Shown here: one piece after another, positions 46,418 to 56,600 of the stretch
Numbering within the stretch: the stretch's first letter is position 1
Layout: each line of letters starts with the position of its first letter
IMG/VR virus record: IMGVR_UViG_3300025162_000016
Location: 1 to 64,000 of that record
Strand: one strand, 5' to 3'
DNA from: a virus
DNA length: 64,000 bases
Notes under the pieces: generated by a model
What the model saw: the letters and a program-made list of their open reading frames with translations, nothing else
What the model was told of the DNA's origin: nothing
Databases searched by the model: none
Program-made: the position numbers and the translations under genes

Positions 46418-47070
46418 TGGAAAAAATTATACATCAAATTTGGGTTGGTAAATATAAAATGCCAAAAAGAGAAAAATCATTTGTTGAATTAATGAAACAA
46501 AAAAATTCCACATGGGAACATATGTTGTGGACAGATTTAGAAGTATTACAATTAAATATGCCCCCAAATATAAAAAATGCTTATAATTATTTCTTAAAAG
46601 ACGATGATTATGTTGCTCAAGCAGATATTTTAAGATTATTTTTAGTTTATGAATTTGGAGGTATATATCTAGATGTAGATTTTGAAACCAGAAAGGGATT
46701 TGATGAATTAAATCTTTTATCATATGATGGATTCATATGTTATCATGATACAGATATTAGAGTTGATACCATTCCTAATGGTATATTTGGTAGTAAAAAA
46801 GGTAATAAATTATTTGAATTTTTAAATAAAAATATATCATCTAATTATCATACTCCTTATGTTGTAGGAAAATTTATTAAACAATATTACAATTTAAATC
46901 TAGAAAAAACAGAACATCTTGGTGAAAATGGATTGTTAAATTATTTTAAAAGAGATAATATATTTTATATGCCATTTAATGACTTTCATAACAATTATTA
47001 TTTTCATCATGCGTTATATTCTCATTCACCAGAAATGAAACGAAAATTTAAAGAAGGAAAAATAGAATGA
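46417..47070 (+). CDS. Glycosyltransferase with DXD sugar-binding motif (GT32-like)
   Basis: IIHQIWVG...AQADILRLFLVYEFGGIYLDVDFE. Confidence 0.55.
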   Translation: MEKIIHQIWVGKYKMPKREKSFVELMKQKNSTWEHMLWTDLEVLQLNMPPNIKNAYNYFLKDDDYVAQADILRLFLVYEFGGIYLDVDFETRKGFDELNLLSYDGFICYHDTDIRVDTIPNGIFGSKKGNKLFEFLNKNISSNYHTPYVVGKFIKQYYNLNLEKTEHLGENGLLNYFKRDNIFYMPFNDFHNNYYFHHALYSHSPEMKRKFKEGKIE

Positions 47071-47798
47071 CAAATCCAAAAATTACATGCCTCACGTCTA
47101 CTTATGGTAGATTATCAAAATTAAATGAAGCAGTTTCCTGCTTTTTAGATCAAGATTATGAAAATAAAAAATTAATAATTCTCAACAATCATCCAACACC
47201 TTTAATTTGTGATTTACCACAAATTATTGTATATAATGAACCAATATATCCTACTCTAGGAGATTGTAGAAATAGATTAATAGAATTAGCAGACGGTGAT
47301 TTTATCAGGACGTGGGATGACGATGATCTTTATATGCCTTGGACACTTTCTCAAGGAATAAAATATATAAAAGATAGTCCTGCATGGAAACCAAAAAAAT
47401 CTTGGTTTTGGTTAAAAGAAAAAAATCCTGAATTGGCTGAAAACGTATTTGAAGCTGCAATATTAATTAGAATTGACATTGCTAAAAAATATGGATATTT
47501 AAAATCTTCTGGAGGAAATGAACATGAAACTTTATGTAAAGGCATAGAAAAGGAGGGCGGTTGTAGTAACGACGACCTTGGTGATTTAGCATCTTATGTA
47601 TATCGGTGGGGATGGGGAAGTTGGCATATTTCAGGAAGTTTAGGTAGCAATACCATTGAAAATAGAACAAAAACGTGGTGTGAACATAATAATGATGTAC
47701 AAAACGGAATTATAAGAAAAGTAGATTTATCCGAATATTGGAGTCATTTCCCAACGTGGAATCCAAATTTACGAGCTTTCAACAAACAACTAGTTTAA
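47067..47798 (+). CDS. GT2-like glycosyltransferase
   Basis: ITCLTSTYGR...FLDQDYENKKLIILNN...WDDDDLY. Confidence 0.4.
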   Translation: MTNPKITCLTSTYGRLSKLNEAVSCFLDQDYENKKLIILNNHPTPLICDLPQIIVYNEPIYPTLGDCRNRLIELADGDFIRTWDDDDLYMPWTLSQGIKYIKDSPAWKPKKSWFWLKEKNPELAENVFEAAILIRIDIAKKYGYLKSSGGNEHETLCKGIEKEGGCSNDDLGDLASYVYRWGWGSWHISGSLGSNTIENRTKTWCEHNNDVQNGIIRKVDLSEYWSHFPTWNPNLRAFNKQLV

Positions 47799-47853
47799 TT
47801 GGCTCGGTTCTTTTCAAATTAAATAAGCGTCAAGCTGATATGTATTAAGTAGA

Positions 47854-50214
47854 ATGTATATTGAAGTCCACAATGCAAATTACGGATATGCCACTGCCAC
47901 GTATGGGGATTACGTTGCCATCGGTAATCCAGTTTTCCTACGATATACCGGGAGCACTCCTGATGTATACTATACCGGATCGGTAGATGTTTTCCGATAT
48001 AATAAAACAACCGATCAACACGATTTAATTAACACTCTTTTTGTTCACGGGGCGGGATTAGAAACCCTATTAGCCACCGAACTAATTGATCCGTTATTAC
48101 ATACAGAATATGGATCTTACTGGTCGGCAGACTTGGACATCTGGATCGACAGAGAGAAATATTATTCTTCTATAGAAGATGGGACAGGTGTTTCTCTGGA
48201 TATGTATGCCAAAACACTGGTAGCGGGAGTTCCATATTATAGAGTAAGATTTAAGACCGATTATGTTGAATTATTTGCTTCGGGATCCGCCGTCGATATT
48301 TATGATTTCACACGAAAAGAGACAATTCCCGGCACAGACCCTTATGTTGGTTCTTTGATGAATCCACATAGTTATATAACTGAATCATTTGGAATAGGAG
48401 TGGGAATAAATAGCGAATGGATAGCAGTAGGATCTCCACTAGTAAGTTCTTCCTGCGGAATGGTATATGTTTATCAAAATATCTCAACTGGAAGTAATAA
48501 TTTTAGTTGGTCTCTTTTTCAAACAATAACTTCTCCAAATCCCATGCCAGAGCAGCAGTTTGGACGAAGTGTAAAATTAAATAAACAAAGTGGATATTAC
48601 AGTTCTAGTATGGTGGTTGGATGTGGACTATCTTCTTCAAATGAAGCTTATTATTTTGAGTTTATTAGCGGAAGTTGGATTTCCAGTTATACTTTTAAAC
48701 CAACCACCGATATTTACCCTTTAACATTCGGCAATTATCCTCCGTATGCTCCGACGATGAGTCTAAATAGTGGGTTTGGATACGATGTCTCTTTATTTAA
48801 TAATTCGGTTATTATTGGGGCGTATGCAGATAGATTGGTATACGAGTATACCGGCTCCTCTCAATTTCAACAGGGTGCCGTGTATATATTTGAAAAATGT
48901 CATGACGTGCCGTTATCCAAGTTTCGATTGGCGTTAAAAACATATGGAACCCCCCTCACATTAAGAAACAATAGAATGGGATTTTCGGTTGATATGTTTG
49001 ATAAATATGCCGTTGCCGGTATACCCAAAATAGATTCATTAGATATGACGCCTTGTTTCGTTCAAGGTACATTAGGGCAACTTCACTATTGCGATCAAGC
49101 ATTGGAAGACATGTTGCAAGGTCAAGCTATGTTACTTGAAAAGAACACTTCTTCTTTAGATTGGGAAATTATAAATGTTTATCAAAAGAAAAAACGCTTT
49201 TTAAGTCCGCATCGACACTTCGGATGGGATGTTTCCGTTGACGGAAGGTCTATGGTCGTGGGTGCCCCCATGTATTATAGCGGTTCCAGATTTATTAATA
49301 TTGAGACAACTGCCAGCAGTGGAGTTACCATTGATGATATCGCAGGTAAAGCATATATTTATAATTTTCCTAATCTCCGACCCGAATTTCATGTTGGAAA
49401 CGTATTTTACCGAAATGGAAAAATTGTTATAATGACGTCCGGATCGGCATTCAATGGACTGTTTTTAAATCCCGTAAGCAATATAAATTATGAATATGAT
49501 TTAACTTACAACAGTCAAAGAACAATTCATGAACAACAGATTTTATGTAATGTGGAACCGGGAGAATTTAATGTTAGTACAAATCCATCCGCAATAATGT
49601 TACCTTCTTCGACATTAGATCTAAATAAAAATGGGAAATTTGATTTTCAAGATGTAGACGTTCTTTTAAGATATTTACAATATAAACAAGATTCAACCAC
49701 CGACTGGAGTTCTTCTATCTTGTCCGCCGATGATGAAATAAGTTTTTATAACTATAACGCATCACAGTGGAATAACACCGATTCAGTATGGAGTTCGAGT
49801 TTTTATAGATTTGAAAACGTCGATACCACTTTTATAGATTCTTTGGATATCAATTTCGATAATAAAATTAATGGCTCAGATATGATCGTATTGTGGAAAT
49901 ATTTTTCAAATAGATTGGAAGAAAAGAATTACAATACCTGTGTTAATATTAACTGTAAAAGAAAATTGGTAAGTGAAGCGATTAGTTATCTAAATTCAAT
50001 TTCAAAAAGACATTATCTTCCACAAATTTCTCCGGAGTTTTTTAACTATGATACTTTAAGCGCAGGGGATAAAACCGGATCATTTCTTGCACCGATGGTA
50101 TCTACAATTGGGCTATTTGACGGGCTAGATCTAGTTGCAGTGGCCAAATTAGGATCGCCGGTCAAACTCCCTAAAACATTATCAACAAATTTTTGCATCA
50201 AAATGGATTATTGA
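47854..50214 (+). CDS. FG-GAP-like beta-propeller protein with dockerin/EF-hand-like repeats and a TIGLF...LVAVAKL C-terminal module
   Basis: Repeated FG..V.......VVGAP-type motifs (FGWDVSVDGRSMVVGAP and others). DLNKNGKFDFQDVDVLLRYL and DINFDNKINGSDMIVLWKYF. Confidence 0.5.
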   Translation: MYIEVHNANYGYATATYGDYVAIGNPVFLRYTGSTPDVYYTGSVDVFRYNKTTDQHDLINTLFVHGAGLETLLATELIDPLLHTEYGSYWSADLDIWIDREKYYSSIEDGTGVSLDMYAKTLVAGVPYYRVRFKTDYVELFASGSAVDIYDFTRKETIPGTDPYVGSLMNPHSYITESFGIGVGINSEWIAVGSPLVSSSCGMVYVYQNISTGSNNFSWSLFQTITSPNPMPEQQFGRSVKLNKQSGYYSSSMVVGCGLSSSNEAYYFEFISGSWISSYTFKPTTDIYPLTFGNYPPYAPTMSLNSGFGYDVSLFNNSVIIGAYADRLVYEYTGSSQFQQGAVYIFEKCHDVPLSKFRLALKTYGTPLTLRNNRMGFSVDMFDKYAVAGIPKIDSLDMTPCFVQGTLGQLHYCDQALEDMLQGQAMLLEKNTSSLDWEIINVYQKKKRFLSPHRHFGWDVSVDGRSMVVGAPMYYSGSRFINIETTASSGVTIDDIAGKAYIYNFPNLRPEFHVGNVFYRNGKIVIMTSGSAFNGLFLNPVSNINYEYDLTYNSQRTIHEQQILCNVEPGEFNVSTNPSAIMLPSSTLDLNKNGKFDFQDVDVLLRYLQYKQDSTTDWSSSILSADDEISFYNYNASQWNNTDSVWSSSFYRFENVDTTFIDSLDINFDNKINGSDMIVLWKYFSNRLEEKNYNTCVNINCKRKLVSEAISYLNSISKRHYLPQISPEFFNYDTLSAGDKTGSFLAPMVSTIGLFDGLDLVAVAKLGSPVKLPKTLSTNFCIKMDY

Positions 50215-50243
50215 TGATATTTATAGTTAGGAAATAACAACAT

Positions 50244-50576
50244 ATGCCAACACTTAATATTAAAACGGAAAATGCGAGACCCGCATTGACTCAAAATCTT
50301 AAAGACTTATATGCCGCAATGCATGTAGGGGGGACGTATGATGCTAAAGCTCAAGTCATTACAGATGGGACTCATAATGAATTGTTAGATGTGTTTGGAA
50401 CGGGAGAAGCCAGTAAAACCGTTAAAGGATTCAAAACTAAAATGCAAGAATGGGCAACTGAATTCATAATGGCAAAAGACGCACCGAATGAAGGGAAAGA
50501 AACAACTGGATTGTTAACTAGCGTGTTTGGACACCATTCCACTACTCGTTATAGTAATGGCCGAATTCAAGATTAA
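50244..50576 (+). CDS. Hypothetical protein
   Basis: ORF only. Confidence 0.4.
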   Translation: MPTLNIKTENARPALTQNLKDLYAAMHVGGTYDAKAQVITDGTHNELLDVFGTGEASKTVKGFKTKMQEWATEFIMAKDAPNEGKETTGLLTSVFGHHSTTRYSNGRIQD

Positions 50577-50590
50577 AAAACTAAAAAGTT

Positions 50591-51004
50591 ATGTCGGATT
50601 TAGGACATTGGATGCTTCCTGCTGATGCATTACAGGATATTCCTGTAGATTCCATTGGATTTGTTTATTGTATTACTAATAAAACTACTAATAAAAAATA
50701 CATTGGCAAAAAACTATTAGAAAATAAAAAGAAAAGAAAGCCATTGAAAGGTAGGGTTAATTCTAGAAGATATAAAGTAGAATCTAATTGGAAAGAATAT
50801 ACCGGATCATCTCCTATATTAAATGCAGATATAGAAAAATGCGGCAAAGAAAACTTTATATTTGATATTTTATCTTTTCAACCATCTAAACTTCTGTTAG
50901 CATATTGGGAAACTAAAACTATTATAGATCGAAATGCTATTTTTAGTAATGAATACTATAATGAAGTTTGTAACTTACGAATACGCAATAGAAAATCACA
51001 ATGA
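50591..51004 (+). CDS. GIY-YIG endonuclease-like protein
   Basis: GFVYCITNKTTNKKYIGKK motif. Confidence 0.5.
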   Translation: MSDLGHWMLPADALQDIPVDSIGFVYCITNKTTNKKYIGKKLLENKKKRKPLKGRVNSRRYKVESNWKEYTGSSPILNADIEKCGKENFIFDILSFQPSKLLLAYWETKTIIDRNAIFSNEYYNEVCNLRIRNRKSQ

Positions 51005-51303
51005 AATCCGGTTATTTATATATTGTTATAAATCCTGCCTTTCCGTTATGGTGCAAAATAGGCATCACTACCAATCTTAAAGAACGAATTTATTTGTACC
51101 AAACTTGTGATCCCCACCGAGGATACAAACTGGTGTATTCCCTTTATCATCCGGATTACAAAGAAGCTGAGAAAAAAATAAAAAAAGCTATAAAACCATT
51201 CGCAAAATCAATTAAAAACGAATGGGCCGAAATTGATTTGGAAATGTGTAAAAGTCGCCTTCAAGAGTCGCTCGAATCCTATCAATCTGGCGAGTGGATG
51301 TGA
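51001..51303 (+). CDS. T5orf172/GIY-YIG-superfamily domain protein
   Basis: GYLYIVINPAFPLWCKIGITTNLKERI...NEWAEIDL. Confidence 0.45.
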   Translation: MKSGYLYIVINPAFPLWCKIGITTNLKERIYLYQTCDPHRGYKLVYSLYHPDYKEAEKKIKKAIKPFAKSIKNEWAEIDLEMCKSRLQESLESYQSGEWM

Positions 51304-52530
51304 AAACTCCCCTACCCTAAAGGGATAGGGGCTTCTATGCTGTTCACAGCAAGAGATTGTCTTCCCAATCTCAAAATGTTTCTTGCCGCATTTATGTCTC
51401 TATCCATAGATAGACCACACGAACAATTGAAAACTCGATCTTTCAACTCCATTATCGTTCTCGTTCCACATTGGCTGCAAGTTTGACTAGTATAGGCAGG
51501 GTTGATTTTTATCAATATCTTATCAGCATATGCTGCTTTATAAGATATTATGTTTCCAAACATACTCCACGCTACATCATTTATCTGTTTACTACACCAT
51601 CTTTTCTTTAACAATTTATTTGTTTCAATATCTTCTATAAATATAAAATCATATCTGTTTAATATACCATTTGTTGTTTTGTGAAGAAAATCATTTCTCT
51701 TATTTACAATTCTCTCATGAATTCTTCTAGCAACTTTCCATTTTTTCTGTCTCTGTTTTTTTGCTAATTGCTTTTGCTCTTTCTCAAAAAATCGTGGATT
51801 GTTTATTTTAGTTCCATCATCAAAAGTGGCAAAAGATAGAATCCCAACATCTATTCCAGTTTCTTTACCTGTTCTTCTAAATTGTTTTTTATTATTTGGA
51901 ATATCGCAACAAGATATAGAAACGAACCATTTATTTGTTGGGGTTTTGGCTATGGTTATAGTTTTTGGAGTTCCAAATAATTTTCTATGTAATACAATAT
52001 CAACTTCTCCTACTTTTGATAATAATAATTTATTTTCTTTTATTTCGCACCCATTATTATATTGCGGGTAACAAATAGAAAAATATCTACCTTTTCCACG
52101 AAATCTAGGATATCCCGGAGTATCTCCATTTTTCAATCTTCTAAAAAATCCTTGGTATGCTAAATCAACTCTTATTGCTACATTTTGTAAACATTGAGAA
52201 TATACAGAAGTTAGTTGGGGATATGTTTCTTTTAAAATTGGTATTTGTTTGATTGAATCATAACAAGACACAGACTTCTTTTCTTTTTCCCAACTATTCT
52301 TTCTAATTTCAAGTAAATGATTATAGAGAAACCTACAAGTTTCCAACTGGTTATTCAGGATTGTCTCCTGTTTCTTTGTTGGATATATTCTGTATTTATA
52401 TGTAAGTTTCATTTTCTACATATATGTATATCAAAGAATGTGAAAACGTTGATTTATTTTGAATTATTTTTCTCTTGGTCGAATTCATCCCCAAGGCTAA
52501 AGCCGTTGGGGTTTTCTTCTCCCAAGATTA
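51301..52530 (-). mobile_element. IS200/IS605-family element carrying only tnpB (copy 2). Boundaries are approximate
   Basis: The RE (reverse complement GAAGCCCCTATCCCtttaGGGTAGGGGAGTTTTCA) abuts the stop codon of the 51001 ORF. LE hairpin at 52489..52511 followed by GGGGATGAAT. Confidence 0.65.
51312..52412 (-). CDS. tnpB: TnpB (IS605 OrfB-type), paralog of 7596..8672
   Basis: MKLTYKYRIYPTKKQ...LETCRFLYNHLLEIRKN. GIDVGI, FIEDI, YTSQTCSQCG, DRDINAARNI. Confidence 0.85.
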   Translation of the reverse strand: MKLTYKYRIYPTKKQETILNNQLETCRFLYNHLLEIRKNSWEKEKKSVSCYDSIKQIPILKETYPQLTSVYSQCLQNVAIRVDLAYQGFFRRLKNGDTPGYPRFRGKGRYFSICYPQYNNGCEIKENKLLLSKVGEVDIVLHRKLFGTPKTITIAKTPTNKWFVSISCCDIPNNKKQFRRTGKETGIDVGILSFATFDDGTKINNPRFFEKEQKQLAKKQRQKKWKVARRIHERIVNKRNDFLHKTTNGILNRYDFIFIEDIETNKLLKKRWCSKQINDVAWSMFGNIISYKAAYADKILIKINPAYTSQTCSQCGTRTIMELKDRVFNCSCGLSMDRDINAARNILRLGRQSLAVNSIEAPIPLG

Positions 52531-52572
52531 TAAAAAGTTGTGTTTTCTTGAGTTTCTGATAGTGTTTACCTC

Positions 52573-53538
52573 ATGATTTTACAGTCGAATCTCCTTTCTC
52601 TTCTTAATGAATTGATTGGTCAGAATGCCAAACTTCGAAAAGGAGGCACTCAGGCAGTTTATTTTTGTAAATGTGGGCATTACAAGCGAAAACTTGAAGT
52701 TTTATTAGACCCGCCGTTTTATTTTAATTGTTGGGTGTGTCATTTTTCCGGAAATATTTACACGCTGTTCAGAGAATACAATGCCCAACCATCTCATTAT
52801 AATCGGCTACAAGATATCGTCGGAGATTCGGGCGGTTTCCATTTAAAAGGAGACGAAAATAAAAAAACAGACTTGTCTTTACCCGAGGATTTTATATCTT
52901 TGGCCACTCCCCCAAAGCCCGATGCGCTTTATTCAGAACACATGCAGGAGTATCGTAGAGCAATGGCATATTTGAAAGGCCGTGACATAACGATAGAGGA
53001 TATTTGTCGGTATAATATGGGTTACTGTGAAGCCGGAATTTATAGGGATTGTATTATTGTCCCATCTTACGACGATGAAGGAAAACTTAACTATTTCTCG
53101 TCTCGTTATTATTATCCGCATCCGTGGCTGAAATACAAGAATGCCCCGTTTTCAAAGAACATTGTCGGGTTCGAATGCTTCATCAATTATGATGCCGACA
53201 TTGGAGTTACAATAACGGAAGGAGTATTTGACGCAATATCCGTTCGAAACAATGCCATCCCAATGTTTGGAACATTCCCATCAAGAAAACTATTGGATTG
53301 TCTTGGATTACATAGAGTTAAACGTGTTAATATATGTCTAGATTCAGATGCTATTAAAGAAGCATTAAAAATATATGAAAAACTTGTTCTAGACGGGACT
53401 GCATCCGAAAATATTCACCTTCTGGTTCTACCTGAAAAAGATCCATCCGAAATGGGATTTGATTGGATTCATCGTATTATAACTCAATCCAAACCAATTT
53501 CTATGAAAGAGGTTGTGGAATTAAAATCAAAATATTGA
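52573..53538 (+). CDS. DNA primase (Zn finger + TOPRIM)
   Basis: CKCGH...CWVCH zinc finger. ITEGVFDAISV and CLDSDA TOPRIM motifs. Confidence 0.6.
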   Translation: MILQSNLLSLLNELIGQNAKLRKGGTQAVYFCKCGHYKRKLEVLLDPPFYFNCWVCHFSGNIYTLFREYNAQPSHYNRLQDIVGDSGGFHLKGDENKKTDLSLPEDFISLATPPKPDALYSEHMQEYRRAMAYLKGRDITIEDICRYNMGYCEAGIYRDCIIVPSYDDEGKLNYFSSRYYYPHPWLKYKNAPFSKNIVGFECFINYDADIGVTITEGVFDAISVRNNAIPMFGTFPSRKLLDCLGLHRVKRVNICLDSDAIKEALKIYEKLVLDGTASENIHLLVLPEKDPSEMGFDWIHRIITQSKPISMKEVVELKSKY

Positions 53539-53663
53539 TGTAAACGGAAATCTAAGACCCAAAGATGCATTAAGAGAAAAAGAAATAAGAGATCATTTGA
53601 AATGTACATTTGTAAGAATAAAAGAAACCAATTTCAATGAAGAAGACGCAATAAAAATTATTT

Positions 53664-56600
53664 ATGAAAGTATTACAAGTTCGGAATCAAAACTTTAAAA
53701 GAATAATCCATCTGGCAGATGTTCATATTCGTCTTTTAAAACGACATATAGAATATAAAGAAGTATTCGATAAATTTTTTGAAGAGATATCCATATTATC
53801 GAAAGAAGAAACTTGTATCTGTATTCTCGGAGATGTTTTTCATTCAAAAACCGATCTTCAACCGGAATCTATAGAACTATGTAATTATTTTCTGTCGGGG
53901 TGTGCTAATAGGTTTCCAACTATTTTAATAGCGGGAAATCACGACGCTATTTTATCTAATAAAACAAGATTGGATTCGTTATCTCCAATCGTCAAGGCGT
54001 TAAATAATCCTAATTTGTATTATCTTAACAAAACCGATTTATATGGATTTGGAAATATCCTATTTAACAACATGTGTATTTTCGATGATCCAGAGAAATA
54101 CATGAAGGGATATGATATTCCAGAGGTATATCGAAATCAATATTCTCATATTATAGCACTTTTCCATGGAGCAGTGGATGGGTCAGTTACAGATACCGGA
54201 TTTCGAATGAATAATCCCGCTATCATGCCCCCGTTATTTGATTGGCATCATATCGCATTATTAGGAGATATACACAAAAGACAGAATATACAGGAAGCAA
54301 TACCAGAAGAACATAAACCGTGCATTCATTTTTGCGGCTCATTATTGCAACAAAATCATGGAGAATCTTTACACGGTCATGGATATACATTATGGGATTT
54401 AAAAGATTATTCTTATAAACACGTTGAAGTTCTCAATGATTATGGACATTTTACATTAGAATTAAATGGCGGGCAAATATTAACTAATTTAGACGATTTG
54501 CCGAAAAAAACATATCTTCGAATAAAATGTTTAGATACTATACCTTCAGAGGTCAAAGCTACCGAAGCAAAACTTTCATTGCTTACAGAAATAGTTGAAA
54601 CTGCCAGAATTCGTATTGAGTCTGAAACAGATAAACAGGCAAAAAAAGAACGAGTTTGTAAAGATGTGAAATTGGCAGAAATTGCAGATGTCGATTATCA
54701 AAATAAACTTATTACTGAATTTCTAGAAGTTAAAGAGAATCTTCGAGACAAATCTAAGGTTGATAAAATTCTTCTTATTAATAGAGAAGTTAATACCGAA
54801 ATTAAAAAAGATGAGTTTGCTCGTAATATTAAATGGATTCCTATTAAATTCGAATGGTCGAATATGTTTGTTTATGGAGAAAATAACGTTATAGATTTCA
54901 CTCAAATGCGTGGAACCTATGGCGTATTTGGACCAAATACATGTGGCAAATCCAGTATATTTTCCGCATTGTGTTTCTGTATGTTTGATAAATGGGATAG
55001 AGGATATAAATCTATCGTGGCTCGTAATGTTTCTACACAGGGATTTCACTGTAAGTTTGAATTTGAAATTAGTGGTATACGTTACTTTATAGAAAAAACC
55101 GGAGAAACCACTAAGGGTGGGAACGTTCGTGTCGAAGTTAATTTTTGGAGAATAGTGGACAGGGTTGTGCAAGATCTGACAGATGTGATGCGCCGTAAAA
55201 CCAATGATGTTATTCGTGATTATGTTGGAACATTTGAGGATTTTATTGTTACCACGTTGTCAGTTCAAACTGTAACTAAAAACACGATTTCATTTATTGA
55301 TTTAGGAAATACTGAACGAAAAGATCTTTTAGTTCAGTTTATGGGGCTTAATGTTTTTGATAAATTGTATGATGCGGCTTATGCTAAAGGAAAAGAGTTA
55401 ACTATTGAACTTAAACCACATAAAGATAAAAATTATATAAAGGACTTGGATGATACCGAGGCAACATTAAAATACACGCAGTTAGCGATTGGGGAATGTC
55501 AACATGTTGCGGAGGACGTATCTCGACAGGTCAAAGAAGTCAATGATAATATTGTGATTGAAACCACAAAATTAATAAAATTGGATAACGAAGTGCCTAC
55601 TGATATTCTTTTTCTGGAAAAGAAACGTTTATCTTCCATCGCAGAGACGGAAAAACTAATAAAACAGATTGGCATTGATAAACCGAAATTAGAAATTTAT
55701 CGCAAAAAAATGCTGGAGTTGAACGAACAACTTTCAGAAATCATTGCGGCAGATTTGGTTAAAGAACATAAAAAATATAATGAAATTTGTAAGCAATTGA
55801 ATGATGAAACTCGTAAATATGAACTTAAAAAAGTTGAGATTAAAAATAAACTAGATAAATTAAAAAAACTGGAGGAATATAAATACGATCCGAACTGTGT
55901 TTTTTGTGTCGAAAATGTGTTCGTAAAAGATGCCCGACAAACGAAATCCGTTCTAAAAACGGATCAGGAAGAGATGAACATAGCATTTGCCTCTATCACA
56001 AAACTCAAAGAACAACAGAAGGAATGTGATTGGGTAGATGCCGCATATCAGCATTATACTAAATTATTAAATGATCATAGTAAAGCTAAAGATGATTTTA
56101 CTACATTAAATACCAAAATCCTTTTAACCGAGAAAGATGTCGAAAAGGGAACCCAATCACTGTTAGAAACCGAACGTAAAATCGAACTTTATCATCGAAA
56201 TCAAATTGCATTGGAAAATAACCAAAAGATCAACCTAATCATTTTAACATATAAAAATACTCTAAATAAACTTGAATCTACATTTAATTCTAATAATAAA
56301 AAACTACTTGAATTGGTAGGGAAAGAACAAGTTCTAAAGGGAACGGTTCAAACTGTAACGGAAACCATTCAAAAAATGATTGATACTGAGGAAAAAAGGG
56401 AATTATATGAGTATTATTGTAGGGCGGTCGGACGCAATGGCATTCCTTACGTGGTTATTTGTAATACTATACCAGAGATTACTCGGGAAATTAATGCTAT
56501 TTTAACACAAACTACTGATTTTACGGTGGATATAGAATACGATGAGAAAAATATTACCCCTTATGTTAATTATGAAACAAAAGGACGCTGGGTAGTTGAG

